64,000 bases of DNA from a virus, in the IMG/VR virus record IMGVR_UViG_3300021091_005099, positions 49,994 through 113,993 of that record; one strand, 5' to 3'. The stretch's first letter is position 1, and each line of letters starts with the position of its first letter. Below are positions 9,242-18,557 of the stretch, in pieces. The translations under genes and the position numbers were made by a program. The notes under the pieces are model-generated. The model had not been told where the DNA came from. It saw nothing but the letters and a program-made list of their open reading frames with translations, and searched no databases.

Positions 9242-9471
9242 TTTAATAGTAATCCTGCCACGTAGATGGCTGTTAATCCTGCATTAAGTGCTATTAGACT
9301 GCGTTCTTGCCACAGTATGCCCACTAGCACCCATATGCCATTGGCCACGCAAAATAGATACACATATACCGGAAACACGTTGAAGGCTGCCAGCGTGGCG
9401 GCGCACAACAGAACCACTGTTCCGATCCAGGCCAGCGATTGGTAAGGTTTGGTTGGTAATTTACTTGCCAT
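9238..9471 (-). CDS. small membrane protein
   Basis: 77 aa with three hydrophobic segments. Confidence 0.65.
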   Translation of the reverse strand: MASKLPTKPYQSLAWIGTVVLLCAATLAAFNVFPVYVYLFCVANGIWVLVGILWQERSLIALNAGLTAIYVAGLLLK

Positions 9472-10504
9472 CGTAGACCCTGTTGATCACGTTGTTGACC
9501 CTCACGAAGTGAGCGCACTTCGGCATGTCCTTGATACGTCTAGCTCCGATGTAGGTGCAGGTGCTTCTCACACCACCCAATATCTGTTCCACTGTGTCCT
9601 TCACAGGACCTCGGTCATCCAGCAGCACTGTCTTTCCCTCTGTGCCTCTGTAGCCGTCCTTGCGCATGCCATACCTCTCAAAGGCCGACTCGGAACTCAT
9701 GCCATAAAAAACTCTCTTGCCATCACGCAGCTCCAATTCTGATTCTTCATGTGCCGCCAGCATGCCTCCCAGCATCACGAAGTGTGCGCCGGCAGCCAGC
9801 GCCTTTGACACGTCTCCGGACTGGGTGCAACCTCCATCGGCTATGATGTGCCCGCCAACTCCATTGGCAGCGTCAGCACACTCCACGATAGCGGAGAACT
9901 GCGGCACTCCCACCCCGGTCTGAGTCCTGGTGGTGCACACGGATCCAGGCCCTATGCCGATCTTGACCACGTCTGCGCCGTTTATTATCAGTTCCTCTGT
10001 CATCTCAGGCGACACGACGTTGCCCGCTATCAGCACCTTGTCTGGGTATTCGGATCTTATCCTCTTCACAAAGTCCACGAACTGTTCGTGGTATGCGTTG
10101 GCCACGTCTATCGTTATGGTTGGTATGTCCGGGAATGCCCGCATGACCTGTTTCAGTGTCTGGTAGTCCTGCGTGTTCTCGTCCCATATGGCTCCCGTTC
10201 CCACGCACGCAGACACATATTTGAATTTTATGCCTGTGCCCGCGGTCTGCTTCCATTGGTCTATAGTGTAGTGCTTGCGTATCACCGTCAGCATCTTGTA
10301 ATCCTGTAGCACGCGTGCCATGGAAAAAGTGCCAACTCCATCCATGTTGCTGGCCATTATTGGTGTGTATGAAAGTTGTTTGCGGCTGTTCCTGAATGTG
10401 AAGTCTCTCGTCATGTCCACGTCTCTGCGAGAGTTAAGCGTGGATCTCTTGGGTTTGAGCAACACGTCGGAATAATCCAGATGCAGGGTGTGATCAATTC
10501 GCAT
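9461..10504 (-). CDS. guaC: GMP reductase
   Basis: LDYSDVLLKPKRS, SNMDGVGTF, IDVANAY, KIGIGPGSVCTTR, IADGGC, FYGMSS, GGVRSTCTYIGA. Confidence 0.93.
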   Translation of the reverse strand: MRIDHTLHLDYSDVLLKPKRSTLNSRRDVDMTRDFTFRNSRKQLSYTPIMASNMDGVGTFSMARVLQDYKMLTVIRKHYTIDQWKQTAGTGIKFKYVSACVGTGAIWDENTQDYQTLKQVMRAFPDIPTITIDVANAYHEQFVDFVKRIRSEYPDKVLIAGNVVSPEMTEELIINGADVVKIGIGPGSVCTTRTQTGVGVPQFSAIVECADAANGVGGHIIADGGCTQSGDVSKALAAGAHFVMLGGMLAAHEESELELRDGKRVFYGMSSESAFERYGMRKDGYRGTEGKTVLLDDRGPVKDTVEQILGGVRSTCTYIGARRIKDMPKCAHFVRVNNVINRVYDGK

Positions 10505-10772
10505 CCATTTCTCCTTCTCTGGTCTTGCACATGTTCAATATGTTGTGGTAGTGATCCCATGCCTGCTTCAAAGCCGGATACTTCTGTCTAAGCTCTTCAT
10601 CTTTTGAGGTGTAGAACATGTCTCCCCAATCCATCTGCACGTTGGCCGCCGTGGCCACTGTGCCCACGTTGATGTCTGTGTTGTACAACGTTTCATCCAG
10701 CGCAAAGGTTTCGCTGGCGTCCAGCTCAGGGAAAAGTGATGCAGAAGTCATTGCTGTAAGTTTTTTATCCAT
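10494..10772 (-). CDS. hypothetical phage protein
   Basis: ORF between folE and guaC; likely start MDKKLT at 10772. Confidence 0.6.
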   Translation of the reverse strand: MDKKLTAMTSASLFPELDASETFALDETLYNTDINVGTVATAANVQMDWGDMFYTSKDEELRQKYPALKQAWDHYHNILNMCKTREGEMDAN

Positions 10773-11517
10773 TTGGCCCACACTGTGCTTCCTGCAGTTG
10801 TATGTTGTGCATAAATTCACTCTTCAATGCCGGGTCCGTCTTCAATAACCCCTTCAGCACCGTGGTCTGCGTGCTGGAATCACCGCTTCTTATCCCTCGG
10901 TTCTCGCAGCAGCCGTGTCTGGCCCTGATGTAGACACCCACTGCCGGGCTTTCCGTGAGCTGTGCTATCTTGTATGCTATCTTCTCTGTGAGCTCTTCCT
11001 GCAGATGTCCTCTCGCGGCCTGGTGCTGCGCTATCCTGGTGTACTTGCTGAGTCCGATCAGACGCTTGCCCGGGAGACATCCGATGTAGCACACGCCCGT
11101 CATGGGCTGATGGTGATGCGAGCACATGCTCTTGATGTCGGACCTGATCACTATCAGCTGATCGTATCTGCCATCTTCGTTGGGAAATGTCGTGACTTCT
11201 GGTGGAGGGTTGTATCTCCCTCCCATGATCTCCGTTATGTACATCTTGGCCAGCCTGCGGCCTGTGCCAACGCTGTTGGGATCATTGGTCCTGTCTATGA
11301 CCAAGCTGTCCAGCACAGCGTCGAATTTCGTGGTCAGCTCGTCAATCAGTTTTTCTCTCTCCCCATTTTCAATATATCTGCTGATGTTGTCCGCCGCGAA
11401 GAACCTCTCACCTGACTTCACTATCCTTTCGCGTATCTGCTGGCTGATCGGCTTGTTTTTGTCAGTCCAAGTGTCCATCAAACCCCCTGACATGATATCT
11501 TTACGTGTGTCTGACAT
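10765..11517 (-). CDS. folE: GTP cyclohydrolase I
   Basis: SMCSHH, IGLSKYTR, QEELT, ARHGCCENRG motifs. Confidence 0.92.
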   Translation of the reverse strand: MSDTRKDIMSGGLMDTWTDKNKPISQQIRERIVKSGERFFAADNISRYIENGEREKLIDELTTKFDAVLDSLVIDRTNDPNSVGTGRRLAKMYITEIMGGRYNPPPEVTTFPNEDGRYDQLIVIRSDIKSMCSHHHQPMTGVCYIGCLPGKRLIGLSKYTRIAQHQAARGHLQEELTEKIAYKIAQLTESPAVGVYIRARHGCCENRGIRSGDSSTQTTVLKGLLKTDPALKSEFMHNIQLQEAQCGPNG

Positions 11518-12557
11518 CAGTTAAATTCTTTTTGGTTAATCTTGTTATACCATTTTACAGCAGTGGCCACGATGTTGTCAATAGAACTGTGTGATGGCCG
11601 CCAGCCAAGTTCTGTGTTCGCGCGTGTGTTGTCGGCCACCAGCACAGGTGGATCGCCCGCCCTGCGCGGCATTTCCATTATCTTGATGTGCCCCACGTAT
11701 TTTTTTATGGTCTCCAACAGTTGCCTGTTGCTTGTGCTGATGCCGGAGCCCAGGTTATAAGTCTCACAGATCACATCACCAGACGCTCGCTGCAGTGCCA
11801 GCACGTGCGCCACCGCGAGATCGGTCACGTGGACATAGTCTCTCACACAGGTCCCATCCGCTGTGTCAAAATCAGTGCCAAACAGCTTGAATTCTCGATC
11901 TCTATGTGCTGCATCTATGGCCAATGGTATGATATGCGTCTCGTCCTCGCGCAGTTCACCGATCTCGCTGTCAGCGTCCGCTCCCGCGGCGTTGAAATAG
12001 CGCAGGCTGACGCTGCTCAGTCCATAGGCCACATGATAGTCCTTCAATACATTTTCAATCATCAACTTGCTCCTGCCATACGGGTTGATTGGATGCAGGT
12101 TGATGTCATCATCCCTGGCCACTCCGTTGGCGGGAATGCCATACACTGCAGCGCTTGAAGAGAAGACCACCTTGTTGATGCCTAGATCTCTCAACTTGTC
12201 CAACAACTGCACAGTCATTATCACGTTGTTCTTGTAATATTTAGATGGATCTCTCACAGACTCTCCCACCTGGGTGTGCGCGGCGAAATGTATACAGGAG
12301 TCTATGTTGTATCTGTTGATGATTTCCTGCAGGAAGTCAGTGTCTCTGGGCAGATGGCATTCAAATGCCGGTCCAAACTGCGTGGCCCAGGGTTTGGTCT
12401 TGATGTCTCTGTCAACCACGACCGGAGTGAACCCATTCTTGGTCAGCTCCTTGGCGGTGTGAGAACCGATGTAGCCGGCCCCTCCCACTACCAGCACCGA
12501 CTTGCTGATGCCTTTAGTACTTGGCTTCGGGCGCATACGTCCTGTAGTCGCTTCCAT
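11517..12557 (-). CDS. galE: UDP-glucose 4-epimerase
   Basis: GGAGYIGSH, HFAA..VGES, SSSAAVYG, PYGRSK (YxxxK), LRYFNAAGA, DGTCVRDYVHV. Confidence 0.92.
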   Translation of the reverse strand: MEATTGRMRPKPSTKGISKSVLVVGGAGYIGSHTAKELTKNGFTPVVVDRDIKTKPWATQFGPAFECHLPRDTDFLQEIINRYNIDSCIHFAAHTQVGESVRDPSKYYKNNVIMTVQLLDKLRDLGINKVVFSSSAAVYGIPANGVARDDDINLHPINPYGRSKLMIENVLKDYHVAYGLSSVSLRYFNAAGADADSEIGELREDETHIIPLAIDAAHRDREFKLFGTDFDTADGTCVRDYVHVTDLAVAHVLALQRASGDVICETYNLGSGISTSNRQLLETIKKYVGHIKIMEMPRRAGDPPVLVADNTRANTELGWRPSHSSIDNIVATAVKWYNKINQKEFN

Positions 12558-13692
12558 CTCTCCTCCATTGCTCTCCCTTGCCTGTAATGATGTCGATCAT
12601 TCTGTCCACCGTGCCGTCGGTCCAATCCGATATCTTGCCCATGTTTGGCGATGGTGCCTGCAACAACACTTTCAATTTTTGCATGGCGTCTCTGCTGCTC
12701 CATGGCACGTACATCCTGCTGTCGTCATTGGCGAATGTTTCTGGGAATGACCTATATGCCGGAAAAAGAACATTGCAGCCCAGTGTGTCAGCTTCGGACA
12801 CTGTGTTTGACACCCAGTCCTGCAGTGCGCAGTTGAACAGCACTCTGGTGTCATTCAACAGTTCATAGTAGTCATTTTTTTTCAAGTGTTCGTAAATTTT
12901 AATTTTGCCAGACTTCTCCAAGTGCCTTGCGCGATGAACATAGTTTATGTTGTTGGATCGCAATGGTCCGCCACAGTAAACGGCGAACTCCGTGGCAGGC
13001 AATGACTCGTCGGCAAGCCATTGCTCGATTAGATCCATGAAAAACCCTGGCTGCTTTTCCTGATCCCATCTGGCGGCGTAGCCAACTCTCATTGTTCTTT
13101 GATCAAATGGTCTGATGGTCTTGATTCTCTCCAGCACTTCCTGTTTGCCATAACTCAGACCGGAAATGTTGTAGATGGGAGCGCGCCAGTTGGCTATTCT
13201 CATATGTGCCACCATCTCCTCGTTCGTGGCAAGTATATGCACGTTGGGTATCTCGTTGCACATCTGTTCATACAGGCTCATCCATCGGCTCATGCGCCAG
13301 ACATGCACGAAGTCATCTGGATCTATGGACTGTGCCAGGCACCTTAGATATATCCTCGGCCTGTACTTCTCTGGCGACTGTTGTATGATGTAGGGCAGCG
13401 ATTCCATGCCCGGTTGGAACATGTCCTCAAAAAATATCACGTCATCAGAAGTAACTTCTCCAGATTTCATCATGCGAACCAAATTCATCATCTGGCTCAT
13501 GCCGAAATAGCTCCTGCCGTGTGCGTCCAGCACCTGTCCAGTCACTATGGCTTTGGAATTGTCTATGGTGGTGCCGGGCACGACCACGTAGTCTATGCCG
13601 CGTTTCTTGTAGATTCTCTCGGTCCAATCGGTTAACTGTAGCGTGTAGCGACCTTCATAGGGCTCCAGGCCCATGTAAAATATTTTCATCAC
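12514..13692 (-). CDS. GT-B glycosyltransferase
   Basis: RWDQEKQP, VLFNCALQDWVSNTVSEADTLGCNVLFPAYRSFPE resemble the GT4-like nucleotide-sugar binding region; adjacent to galE. Confidence 0.75.
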   Translation of the reverse strand: MMKIFYMGLEPYEGRYTLQLTDWTERIYKKRGIDYVVVPGTTIDNSKAIVTGQVLDAHGRSYFGMSQMMNLVRMMKSGEVTSDDVIFFEDMFQPGMESLPYIIQQSPEKYRPRIYLRCLAQSIDPDDFVHVWRMSRWMSLYEQMCNEIPNVHILATNEEMVAHMRIANWRAPIYNISGLSYGKQEVLERIKTIRPFDQRTMRVGYAARWDQEKQPGFFMDLIEQWLADESLPATEFAVYCGGPLRSNNINYVHRARHLEKSGKIKIYEHLKKNDYYELLNDTRVLFNCALQDWVSNTVSEADTLGCNVLFPAYRSFPETFANDDSRMYVPWSSRDAMQKLKVLLQAPSPNMGKISDWTDGTVDRMIDIITGKGEQWRRDGSDYRTYAPEAKY

Positions 13693-13994
13693 GTGCTTAC
13701 AATCACCTCCTTCTGGCTCTTCTTACCTACCAGCACGTGGGTGTGATACCCATGCATGGGATTGGTTTTCAAATATCTCATTAGGTCCGCCAAAATATTG
13801 TCATTGCCTTCATGTATTAAAAATTGATACAACGGTTCTGCTCGTCCATACAATGTCTCGTTAGAATCTAAAACTATGAATCCTCCCCATTCCACGGCAA
13901 AATCACTGAGATAATTTTCTCCGTAATGACGGAAGGTTTGATTGTTATTGATGTTAACGCCAGCATGTGGTTCAAATACTAATCTTATTCTCAT
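13689..13994 (-). CDS. hypothetical protein
   Basis: 101-aa ORF coupled to both neighbours. Confidence 0.6.
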   Translation of the reverse strand: MRIRLVFEPHAGVNINNNQTFRHYGENYLSDFAVEWGGFIVLDSNETLYGRAEPLYQFLIHEGNDNILADLMRYLKTNPMHGYHTHVLVGKKSQKEVIVST

Positions 13995-14341
13995 CGAGCA
14001 ATCCTTGTTAATTTGACACCACCATCACTAGTGTGTTTGATATGGTAATCACACTTCGCTCGCAGATGCAGCCATGTCCTGATCTTTTCATCCCGAACAT
14101 ATAGGGTCACCGTGTCTTCCATGTCATCATTGTAGCCGTGATACGCCCAGATGAAATCCTTGCCATAGGTATAACCAGCGCTGCCCATCATGGTGCAAAC
14201 ATTGGCCACGGCATCCACGAAGGTGTAGTCGGCATTTAGAGCCCCGCCACCTATGGGGAGATATCCTTTCCTCCGGGTCAGCGTTCTGACCGGAATGTTT
14301 ACTTCTATGTTAACCTCTTGGGTATTCTGCTTTCGAGCCAT
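13991..14341 (-). CDS. hypothetical protein
   Basis: ORF with GGAG SD before MARKQ. Confidence 0.6.
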   Translation of the reverse strand: MARKQNTQEVNIEVNIPVRTLTRRKGYLPIGGGALNADYTFVDAVANVCTMMGSAGYTYGKDFIWAYHGYNDDMEDTVTLYVRDEKIRTWLHLRAKCDYHIKHTSDGGVKLTRIAR

Positions 14342-14732
14342 TCTCTCCATCCTCTGATACTTCTATTGTTATTTTTCTGCCTGGATAACGTTGTATGATC
14401 GCGAGATACAGATCATCCGATATCATTTCACAACTTTTGTAATCAAGTGCCAGCGTCTTCTCTGTGTATAATTTTTCCAACCATCTCTTGAACTGTATGA
14501 ATTCAATGTCTCGGTCATCGTGGAACACCTCTATCGCTACATGAAAATGGAACATGTGCCTGTGGGGATAGCCCAAGAAGCTCACGTCATATTCATCACC
14601 TGTGGCCAATTTTGAATCTGTCAGTGCCGCGGGATATTTGTGTATGCCTTCCTTGCGGAAAGTGACCCAGATCATCTTTGAGCTTTGACCTAATTTTTCT
14701 TTCAGTGCCTGCTCTCTCTGTGCTTCTATCAT
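14310..14732 (-). CDS. queD: QueD-like T-fold protein (6-carboxytetrahydropterin synthase)
   Basis: H..., PHRH.F metal ligands, IEF..K, SCEMI, VSEDGENG; clustered with folE and queE. Confidence 0.7.
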   Translation of the reverse strand: MIEAQREQALKEKLGQSSKMIWVTFRKEGIHKYPAALTDSKLATGDEYDVSFLGYPHRHMFHFHVAIEVFHDDRDIEFIQFKRWLEKLYTEKTLALDYKSCEMISDDLYLAIIQRYPGRKITIEVSEDGENGSKAEYPRG

Positions 14733-15247
14733 TTTATGATTTCATCCTTGCCATATTGGTCCCAATCTGTGAATCCCGACTTTTCTTTAAATTCTTTCAT
14801 GCTCATGGTCCACACTCCTGGATTGCTGTGTCTGAAAGTGACATCGTCTATCTTGAAGTGCAGTTGTTGGTCATCGTCGCTGTGCTGGAATATGATGGAG
14901 CAAAATGGTATGAACCTAGGTTCGTTCCATATCAGTGCGAATCTTTTCTTGACTTCTTCGTGATCAGCGTAGGGATAATCGATGGTGACATAATAACCAT
15001 TGTCCAACAACTTTTTCATCTGGAAAACCTGCGTGCCTAGGTTGTACTGGAACGTCCTGTTGGCTCCATAATACACTGCCTCGCAGCCATTCATGGTGGC
15101 CAGTTCCAACACATCATCAGTGCTTAGACTATTTGTGGCCAAAAATAAAGTTCTTTTACCATATGCAATGGTGTGCTCAATTTCAACGCCAGTGAACACA
15201 TTGACCTCGCTGTTGCTATAATGTCCTGTTGCATAATCTCTGTTCAT
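14729..15247 (-). CDS. hypothetical phage protein within the deazaguanine cluster
   Basis: Likely start MNRDYATG, 8 nt after a TTGACA-N16-TACAAT promoter. Confidence 0.7.
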   Translation of the reverse strand: MNRDYATGHYSNSEVNVFTGVEIEHTIAYGKRTLFLATNSLSTDDVLELATMNGCEAVYYGANRTFQYNLGTQVFQMKKLLDNGYYVTIDYPYADHEEVKKRFALIWNEPRFIPFCSIIFQHSDDDQQLHFKIDDVTFRHSNPGVWTMSMKEFKEKSGFTDWDQYGKDEIIK

Positions 15248-15285
15248 GTTGCCTAATTGTAGCATGATAATTTAATTTGTCAAAG

Positions 15286-15486
15286 CTATTCGCTGTTTAC
15301 CAGTTGTTTTTCCAGTTCCGTGATCTGATCTTTGAGCGATAATTTCTCCTTTTTCAATCGCATCAATATGCTTTTGCTTTCAATGCTCCTGTCATGACGT
15401 CGAAGCTCGGTAACCTCTTCCACCTTCCTGTTGAGGTAATCATGATGCATCTTAAGTTTTCTCAGTTGCTTGTTCTTGTTGGCCAT
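15286..15486 (-). CDS. DUF465/YdcH-like small coiled-coil protein
   Basis: L...H..L...V....RLKKEKLSLKDQI pattern; GGAGG SD. Confidence 0.65.
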   Translation of the reverse strand: MANKNKQLRKLKMHHDYLNRKVEEVTELRRHDRSIESKSILMRLKKEKLSLKDQITELEKQLVNSE

Positions 15487-15487
15487 T

Positions 15488-16933
15488 TTATCCTCCTTCG
15501 AATAGTGAACTGAAGTTGTTCTTGCCCTTGCCGCCACCAGTGGCTCTCTGCCATCTGGTGCCCCTTATGTCTGCCAGGAATGATGTGGCGGAACTGATCA
15601 ACTCCATTGGTTTTTCCGACTCAAACACCTCCTTCACGAACGTGTTGAAATACAGTATGTTTCTCGGAACGAAATCGCTCATCTGATCTGTGTTGTCCGA
15701 TTCCTTGATCTTTCTCCAGTGTTTGGCTTCCGGTTGGTGCTTGATCATTTCTATGTCATTCATGTCATTGGCAATCTGTACAGCTCTGATGTGATTGTAT
15801 ACGTTGTGTGCCATCATTAATATATAACTGAAACTATCCCAAGAAGTTTTGCCTTCTTTGTTGTTTTTATTTAGGTCACCTTCTCCATACCAGCAAACAT
15901 CTCCCATGTGTAATCGATTACCGATAGCACTCTTGAATGGGAATGGTATGGTGCTGCCTTTCAATCTTTTGTCATCTGGTGCTTTCTCCATGATATAACT
16001 CCATCTCTTGGGAGTGAATAGATTGTGTGTGTACACTAAGCCATTGGCTGTGCTTAGGAAAGCGGATGCTGAATCAAAACTAATCGTGACATCTGGATTT
16101 ACATGTTTTCTTAACTGTCTCTGTATCTGTGTTAAGAAACAAGCCCAATCCAGTTGTGATGTGCCCAGCACGTGTATCCAATTTTTCTTGTCCAATTTCT
16201 TCTCATCTCTCATTATGACCAATCTTTTTAACAAGACTTCCATGTCGCACATGTTGATGCCACCCATTGCCCATCCTTCAAACTCAAAATCTTTGATGGC
16301 ATCATACCATGTTTGTGCCGTTTCCCAATCATCTCCTTGTAATACGTTCAAAAATTTAGTTTGTCCCAATCTGTTCTTTTGGAAGAATTTGTTGTTATAG
16401 ATTGTGCCATTTAGAGTGTCTTGAAAACTCTTCAATCCTGTTTTTGGAGAGTTTAATTCATCCGCTGCCCAGGTTGGCACGTCCAGCGTCATAGACCAGT
16501 CAGCGGTTAATTCTAACCAATTTAGAATATTGCTTCTAACTTTATTGGCTTTGTTACCTTCGAAATCCTGCCAATCAAAATTAATAACTCCTCGGCCTAT
16601 CTGATACCCACCCGAATCACCCACTATGGTAGAAAATTTTCTGTCTCTCTGTATACACATACTGTCAGCCACAGGTGCTTTTTCCACGTCTAGACAAGCA
16701 TGTCCTGCTGAATATAAACCCACATCATAGGTAAAATAACCTTTCTCTGGATTAAGAAAGTTTAATCCCTCCACATCATTCTCAAAACCTTTAGGTATTC
16801 TTTCTTTAGATATGTGATCGCCTTTCGCTCTCTGCTTGCTGATGAAGGTGTTGTAGAAATTGGATATGGCCGGCAAGAATCGGGCAAAGTCCCTGTTCAA
16901 AGGCCCTAGATGTTCCTGCCTGTTATCTGGCAT
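15488..16933 (-). CDS. dpdA: DpdA / TGT-fold 7-deazaguanine DNA transglycosylase
   Basis: DSGGYQ catalytic motif, MTLDVP, NVLQG, GWAMGG, IHVLG, SFDSAS; start 16933 overlaps the clamp stop (TGATG); in a FolE/QueD/QueE/YhhQ cluster. Confidence 0.8.
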   Translation of the reverse strand: MPDNRQEHLGPLNRDFARFLPAISNFYNTFISKQRAKGDHISKERIPKGFENDVEGLNFLNPEKGYFTYDVGLYSAGHACLDVEKAPVADSMCIQRDRKFSTIVGDSGGYQIGRGVINFDWQDFEGNKANKVRSNILNWLELTADWSMTLDVPTWAADELNSPKTGLKSFQDTLNGTIYNNKFFQKNRLGQTKFLNVLQGDDWETAQTWYDAIKDFEFEGWAMGGINMCDMEVLLKRLVIMRDEKKLDKKNWIHVLGTSQLDWACFLTQIQRQLRKHVNPDVTISFDSASAFLSTANGLVYTHNLFTPKRWSYIMEKAPDDKRLKGSTIPFPFKSAIGNRLHMGDVCWYGEGDLNKNNKEGKTSWDSFSYILMMAHNVYNHIRAVQIANDMNDIEMIKHQPEAKHWRKIKESDNTDQMSDFVPRNILYFNTFVKEVFESEKPMELISSATSFLADIRGTRWQRATGGGKGKNNFSSLFEGG

Positions 16934-17670
16934 CACTGCGCCTGTGCTGGTATGATGTAACGATATACGCCAACTCCCGAATCCACTGTGACCTGCATTG
17001 CGCCCTCGTTGGAGAAATGCAAGGTTACCTTGGCGGAGTCGCTCAGTTTCAATATCTGGAGAACCTGCGCCACTGGCCAGCTCCAACCTTTATTGAGAGT
17101 GCCCTTGACACCTGTGGCGAAAGTGAATTCACCGCCATGAGATGCCTGATCACCAAACGTGAATATGAGGTTGCCGTTGTCGGTCCTCACCACGAAGGTG
17201 TTGTGTTCTGTGTTGGCGACAGATTGGAAGTTGAATCTCTGCACGCCCGCCACTGTGGGCTCGATCTCCACGTCCCACTTGACGCCTTTGAATTTGATAG
17301 TTTTCAGTTTCTCGTTGATGATCTCGGCGTTCATGAAACGATAATCGTTCTTGAAATCACCCTTCTCGTTCTCAAAGTGTATGCCCACAGGCACTTCGGC
17401 ATTGTTTCTTGTGCCTTTGATCACCGTGATGTGTGCCTTGTCCTTGTATTCGGGACATTTCAGATGTATGTCCAACTTGTTCAATTGTGGCATCCCAAAC
17501 GTGCCCGCCAATCCTGCCTGTGGCTGTTTGAATGTGCCTTGCAGTATCACTGACCGATCTTCGGCCATGGAATCTATCGCCGTTTCATCTGCTGTGCCTG
17601 TGATCTTGACCAGGTCTAGGAATCCTAAGCCGTACGTGTGCTTGACTATGTCTCTTAATATGTCTATCAT
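16933..17670 (-). CDS. DNA polymerase sliding clamp (gp45/PCNA-like)
   Basis: 245 aa, beta-rich, ends YRYIIPAQ like PCNA-fold clamps; near the B-family polymerase; clamp loader also in window. Confidence 0.65.
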   Translation of the reverse strand: MIDILRDIVKHTYGLGFLDLVKITGTADETAIDSMAEDRSVILQGTFKQPQAGLAGTFGMPQLNKLDIHLKCPEYKDKAHITVIKGTRNNAEVPVGIHFENEKGDFKNDYRFMNAEIINEKLKTIKFKGVKWDVEIEPTVAGVQRFNFQSVANTEHNTFVVRTDNGNLIFTFGDQASHGGEFTFATGVKGTLNKGWSWPVAQVLQILKLSDSAKVTLHFSNEGAMQVTVDSGVGVYRYIIPAQAQ

Positions 17671-17737
17671 TTTTTGCCTGTTCTTAAAAGTTTATTTTGT
17701 ATTGTACAAGGTATTTAGAAAAAAATCAAGTGTTGAA

Positions 17738-18556
17738 TTATTTTTCCACAGGCACTTCTATGACTTGATATAACACAGGATTATCTTTACCAGGTTTCTT
17801 AAATATGGCATAGTTATTCCCTGGAGAGAATTGATCCATCTCTAACACGTCATATCCAGTTTCTTGGATGATTTTTGTCATGGCAGATTTAGTATTGTAA
17901 TTCCAATAGCCCCTTTTGGCCTCGTGAAGATCACGATCATATTCGCAATTGGCATAATGTATAAACACATAGCCACCTGGTAAGATAACTCTGGATATAT
18001 CTTTGAGATATTCTCTTATGTGTTCCTGCGTGAAAAATGTAAATGTGTCCCAACTGAAAACAAAATTCACTGCATTGTCCGGTATCTCATGGCATGCGGT
18101 TCTATCTGTGGTGTAAAACTTGATGTATTTGTGCTGCTGTGGATTGAACAATTTTTTAATTTTGCTGTGGCATTGCGGCAATATGTCCACATAGAAGTTT
18201 AATCTCCATGCCAAAAATAATCTACTAAATTTTCCGTATCCTGGCCCAATTTCTAAACTGTTGTATAGGGCAGAACTGGCCCCCATTTTAGAAAACTGTC
18301 CAATCTTGCTTTCAATTTTATCAAACAACAGTTTATCATTGAATCCCTCTCGTCTCTCGTGGCGCCACTCCATGTCCTTGGCATACCAGTCCTTGGTCTT
18401 GTCCAGTCTATCTATCTGATCTTGATTATTGATATCAACTGTGGTGGCCAACTCTTTCAATATTTTGAGATTATCATCGATTAATTTTTGAAAATCGTGT
18501 GATTTAATTTTTTCCAATTTCTCTATCAGCAACTTGATTTCTTCTATGCTTAACAT
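17738..18556 (-). CDS. class I SAM-dependent methyltransferase
   Basis: LEIGPGYG motif I, VDI, FVFSWDTF, RVILPGG. Confidence 0.8.
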   Translation of the reverse strand: MLSIEEIKLLIEKLEKIKSHDFQKLIDDNLKILKELATTVDINNQDQIDRLDKTKDWYAKDMEWRHERREGFNDKLLFDKIESKIGQFSKMGASSALYNSLEIGPGYGKFSRLFLAWRLNFYVDILPQCHSKIKKLFNPQQHKYIKFYTTDRTACHEIPDNAVNFVFSWDTFTFFTQEHIREYLKDISRVILPGGYVFIHYANCEYDRDLHEAKRGYWNYNTKSAMTKIIQETGYDVLEMDQFSPGNNYAIFKKPGKDNPVLYQVIEVPVEK

Positions 18557-18557
18557 G

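Noticed and set aside
15488-16933. Interpretation as a tRNA-guanine transglycosylase for queuosine tRNA modification
   Set aside because: Lacks the CxCxxC zinc motif of bacterial Tgt, and is embedded with clamp and polymerase with no queA/queF/queG; a DNA target is more likely, though not proven.
16934-17086. N-terminal extension of DpdA given in the ORF track
   Set aside because: Lies inside the clamp gene; the ATG at 16933 overlapping the clamp stop is the more plausible start.
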